Source: Thermotogota bacterium ADurb.Bin062 (GTDB lineage: Bacteria > Thermotogota > Thermotogae > MWEM01). From it: a stretch of DNA of 64,000 bases. Position 1 is the stretch's first letter, and each line of letters opens with the position of its first letter. The notes under the pieces are model-generated. The model had not been told where the DNA came from and ran no database searches. It saw nothing but the letters and a program-made list of their open reading frames with translations. Positions 61,104 through 64,000 of the stretch are shown piece after piece. Both the position numbers and the translations under genes were made by a program. The stretch is from positions 4,277 through 68,276 of the forward strand of contig MWEM01000004.1 of assembly GCA_002071085.1 (NCBI GenBank). The letters are read 5' to 3'.

Positions 61104-61858
61104 TGGGACATAAACTCCTTAATCGACTTCAAACTCTTGTCGTCTAGATAGAAGCGCTCCACCTCAACCTCACCCGACTTGGATTGATACCGGATGGTGA
61201 CCGGATTTTTCGTCAGAAATGTCACCGGAGTGGCTTTGTAGGCATAGTTTTTGAGTTGGTCAACCAACCGGTAGGCCGAGCGGTTATTGAAATTATCCAT
61301 TTTGAGGATGTTCTGTAGCGCCTTCATCTTTGGAAAGAAGATGAACTCGAAGACGGAAAGGTCGATCCGTTGGATCAATCCGATGAATTGGTGGATATCG
61401 TGTGGAGTTTGAGAAGCGCCGGTTTGCGAAGAGTCCTGCGCGGTTTTGGACAGTCGCGCGAGGGCGGCGAAATCAGAGGTGTCTATCGTTGCCCAGAAAC
61501 TCCGATTAGCCCGACCGAAGAGTTTCTCGATCGAATTGTAGATGCCTTGCGGCGTCGATTGGTCCAAAGAGACAGCTTGGATCGGTTCGAAGCTTTTTAA
61601 GGGCATCTGTACGGCGTAGCTGATTTTTTGAAGCTTGTTCGAACGGATGAAGAAGACCTCCTCTTTGTCTTGGATCAGGAAAAGGAAGTCGACGATCGGC
61701 TCCTTCATATCGTTGCTATCGAAAAGCAGACTATGGGTATAGAACAGAAATAGAACTACGAACGTGCAGGCAAGCGAGATGAGAATTAGGATCCAAGGAA
61801 CCTTGCGTTTCGGCTTTTTTTTGTAGGTGCGTGTCGGTATCGGATAGATCATGGACAC
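61100..61858 (-). CDS. Membrane-anchored hypothetical protein (252 aa)
   Basis: KKKPKRKVPWILILISLACTFVVLFLFY anchor. Its stop overlaps the LCP start (ATGA). Confidence 0.5.
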   Translation of the reverse strand: MSMIYPIPTRTYKKKPKRKVPWILILISLACTFVVLFLFYTHSLLFDSNDMKEPIVDFLFLIQDKEEVFFIRSNKLQKISYAVQMPLKSFEPIQAVSLDQSTPQGIYNSIEKLFGRANRSFWATIDTSDFAALARLSKTAQDSSQTGASQTPHDIHQFIGLIQRIDLSVFEFIFFPKMKALQNILKMDNFNNRSAYRLVDQLKNYAYKATPVTFLTKNPVTIRYQSKSGEVEVERFYLDDKSLKSIKEFMSQ

Positions 61859-62421
61859 CCCTCCGTATGTTTATACAGGATTTCTTTCACAGTTTCCACG
61901 CAGCCCAGTGAATAGGATACCATTTCCCAAGGGTTTTTCAAGGTTAGCGGGTCAACCGCTTCCACATTTTTCATCACCGGGATACCCCGATAACCGGAGA
62001 GCTCTCCGGTGATCAGGCAGACGATCCCTTCCTCAAACCAGAGGGGGAAATCGGCTAGCCGACGTATCGTCCAATGAAGTAGCTCGTGTTCTAAAAGATT
62101 TCTATAGACGGATTCTCCCAACAGGTGGCGACTCTGCAGGCAAATCCCATTCGCGTTCGTGAATCCGCGAATCCAATAGGGAGCGCCCGTCTCTCGTGTG
62201 AAAGAGGCCACGCTCGAGAACTCCCTGACCGCGACGAAGGATTCCTCGACGGCCATACCCAGTATCGACTCCAGCTCTTTCACTCGGTGAGGAAACTGCG
62301 CGTGTAAAGAGGTGCGGTATTCGCTCGCGCATAGACAAGCCCCGCACAGCGTTAGCAGCGCTATGAGGAATAGGGTCCATCTAGTGTTTGCGATATGTGT
62401 CCCCACGCGATTGGCCCTCAT
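61849..62421 (-). CDS. Putative zinc-metallopeptidase lipoprotein (HExxH)
   Basis: Start MRANRVGTH at 62421. Lipobox LTLCGAC. LEHELLHW (HExxH) with downstream EEG. Confidence 0.45.
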   Translation of the reverse strand: MRANRVGTHIANTRWTLFLIALLTLCGACLCASEYRTSLHAQFPHRVKELESILGMAVEESFVAVREFSSVASFTRETGAPYWIRGFTNANGICLQSRHLLGESVYRNLLEHELLHWTIRRLADFPLWFEEGIVCLITGELSGYRGIPVMKNVEAVDPLTLKNPWEMVSYSLGCVETVKEILYKHTEGCP

Positions 62422-64000
62422 CCGGGCGCCCTCCCTATCTGGTGAACGGCGTCGAAGGCTTCCCCCAGGATCTGGCACAAAAAGAACAGGTACTCTTTTT
62501 CTACGTTGGAAAAGACTTTGAAGAAAGAAAACTCCATCAACAGCGCGACAACCGATTCGGAACGCGCGTAAAGGGGCAAGTAGATTCTAGAATGGGATCC
62601 GGGCGCGATCCCTTCTTTCTCGGCAATCTCTCCCATAAACGGTTTCGATGGCGAGAGCGAAGAAGAGAACGGTTCTTTGACCACCTCGTTCAAACGCCTT
62701 TTTTCGATTGTGAAGGGGGCGCCCGCGTTGGGATCGGAGCGAGACGACTTGAGGGCGTAGTATACAGTTTGCTCTTCCGGCCTCTCTTCGGGCCCGATCC
62801 TCAACCCCCACAAGGAAGCTTCCGGGTATATTTTCCTTAGAAACGAGATGAAAGCCGAGGCAATTTTCTGAGTTCCTTCTCGACCACCGGTTAAATTCCC
62901 CAGCGACGAGGATTCAAGCGCCTGCGGTGAACAGAGGGTCATCTGAAACCGGCAGAGCAAGATATACTTTTGCGAAATCGTCTCGTTTCGTTTCGTAGAA
63001 TAGAATATTTTTAGATAGAGTTCCGAGATATTGAACAAGGTGCGTAAAAAATGGAACTCGTAGTCAGAAGGGTCGTACGATCTACTTTTCAACAGCACGA
63101 GGAGGATCAGGTCGCGTTTGTCGATCGATACGGCTTTGGAGGTTAGCGCCTTCTTCAGTCGGGGCGTCAAGCCTTCCGAAACCGTGTCTCGCGCGTCCTC
63201 GGGAAGGCCCAGCGAAAGCTGGCCAACCCAGAGCTCTTTAGGGGTTTGAAAGAGAGAGGGAGGCAACGTCGTTAAGATTGGCTCTCCTCCGGAGAAGGCC
63301 AGGAGCTTACCCTTGGGTTCGGACTTCTGGAAGAAGAGAATCTCCTCCACCCAGCTCATGATGGAAAGCAGCTTATCGTACAGCTGTTTCAATTCGAAGG
63401 ATGGGCCTTTCTGGAAATCGAAGCCGGAGAAACTGTCGGTGAGTTGATAGACCGTGCGGCTGAACTGGTCCAGCTTGTCCGCCGTGATCTGCAAGTCTCC
63501 CGATATGAGCTTCAACGAGCTCTCTAAACGTCCGATCTGTTCGCCATACTCCTCTTTAGCTTGATTCAACGAAAAATACTTCTCTTTTGCGGTTTTCTCC
63601 CATCGATGGACGTAAAAACCGTAAAACCACCAAACTAAAACCAGGATGAATATCGCCCCCAGCATAAAGGCAAGCGTGTAGATGTTCACCGTGATCGGGG
63701 AGGTGGTGAATATGAGATAGGTGCTGAATGGTTTTTTATAGAGGTTGATCGTGTTGACGAAGACGAAATCCCTTTTACCAATACTGGAGAAGAGGGCGTT
63801 CGCTTCGATCATTTGGCCGGGCGGATACAAAAAGGTCGTATCGTTTAAAAACGCGTAGAACCTTTGAGATTCGTTGACGGGAAATTGAGCGTACATAACC
63901 TCCATATTGACCGATAGCTTGATGCCCCACCCTTGTTCCGTTCGGGTGTAGAAGGTGACGCGGCCCTTCTCGAAGATCACTTCCTCATCTTTGTACATAA
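62418..64000 (-). CDS. Membrane sensor-like protein, N-terminus possibly beyond the window
   Basis: Frame open to the window edge. Extracytoplasmic N-domain, TM LAFMLGAIFILVLVWWFYGFYV, coiled-coil/HAMP-like segment, C-terminal GAF-like region. Confidence 0.5.
   Translation of the reverse strand, partial: MYKDEEVIFEKGRVTFYTRTEQGWGIKLSVNMEVMYAQFPVNESQRFYAFLNDTTFLYPPGQMIEANALFSSIGKRDFVFVNTINLYKKPFSTYLIFTTSPITVNIYTLAFMLGAIFILVLVWWFYGFYVHRWEKTAKEKYFSLNQAKEEYGEQIGRLESSLKLISGDLQITADKLDQFSRTVYQLTDSFSGFDFQKGPSFELKQLYDKLLSIMSWVEEILFFQKSEPKGKLLAFSGGEPILTTLPPSLFQTPKELWVGQLSLGLPEDARDTVSEGLTPRLKKALTSKAVSIDKRDLILLVLLKSRSYDPSDYEFHFLRTLFNISELYLKIFYSTKRNETISQKYILLCRFQMTLCSPQALESSSLGNLTGGREGTQKIASAFISFLRKIYPEASLWGLRIGPEERPEEQTVYYALKSSRSDPNAGAPFTIEKRRLNEVVKEPFSSSLSPSKPFMGEIAEKEGIAPGSHSRIYLPLYARSESVVALLMEFSFFKVFSNVEKEYLFFLCQILGEAFDAVHQIGRAPG

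Overview
This window is about 52% GC and is densely coding. Around 60 CDS, one tRNA-Gln and at least seven intergenic clusters of a composite repeat family are supported by the sequence.

Taxonomy: the block dnaX-ybaB-gap-(pgk/tpi in-frame fusion) and the general protein content suggest a Thermotogae-like thermophilic anaerobe. This is an inference from synteny; there is no rRNA in the window to confirm it.

Housekeeping genes:
- Cell wall and envelope: murJ, murA, an LCP family protein, M23/LysM and M20 peptidases, glpQ.
- DNA metabolism: mutS2, a XerC/D-like tyrosine recombinase, dnaX, ybaB.
- Protein quality control: lon, tldD/pmbA, ybaK.
- Translation and nucleotide metabolism: gatA, gatB, engB, upp, coaE.
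- Glycolysis: gap followed by the pgk-tpi fusion.
- Transport: an oppA/B/C-like peptide ABC transporter.

Most interesting for follow-up:
1. A MEDS-domain protein fused to a coiled-coil rod of about 700 aa (3352-6096), inside a co-directional cluster of envelope genes (4-TM protein, TPR lipoprotein, FN3/beta-helix lipoprotein).
2. An apparent accessory island (15041-21849): a SWIM-SNF2 helicase, a lower-GC Rpn/YhgA-type PD-(D/E)XK nuclease (transposase_31-like) and a tyrosine recombinase, bracketed by the composite repeats. A second SWIM-SNF2 paralog lies at 44581-47835.
3. A dispersed modular repeat family made of palindromic REP-like hairpins, extended -10 promoter-like TATAAT modules and a conserved about 55-nt terminus. 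It includes a 137-bp tandem duplication.
4. An ABC-2 ATPase with no cognate permease, translationally coupled to large secreted proteins (one PEGA-like) and a YdjM-like membrane hydrolase.

Minor oddities: an orphan fliJ-like gene between engB and upp. None of the candidate systems can be assigned a function from sequence alone.
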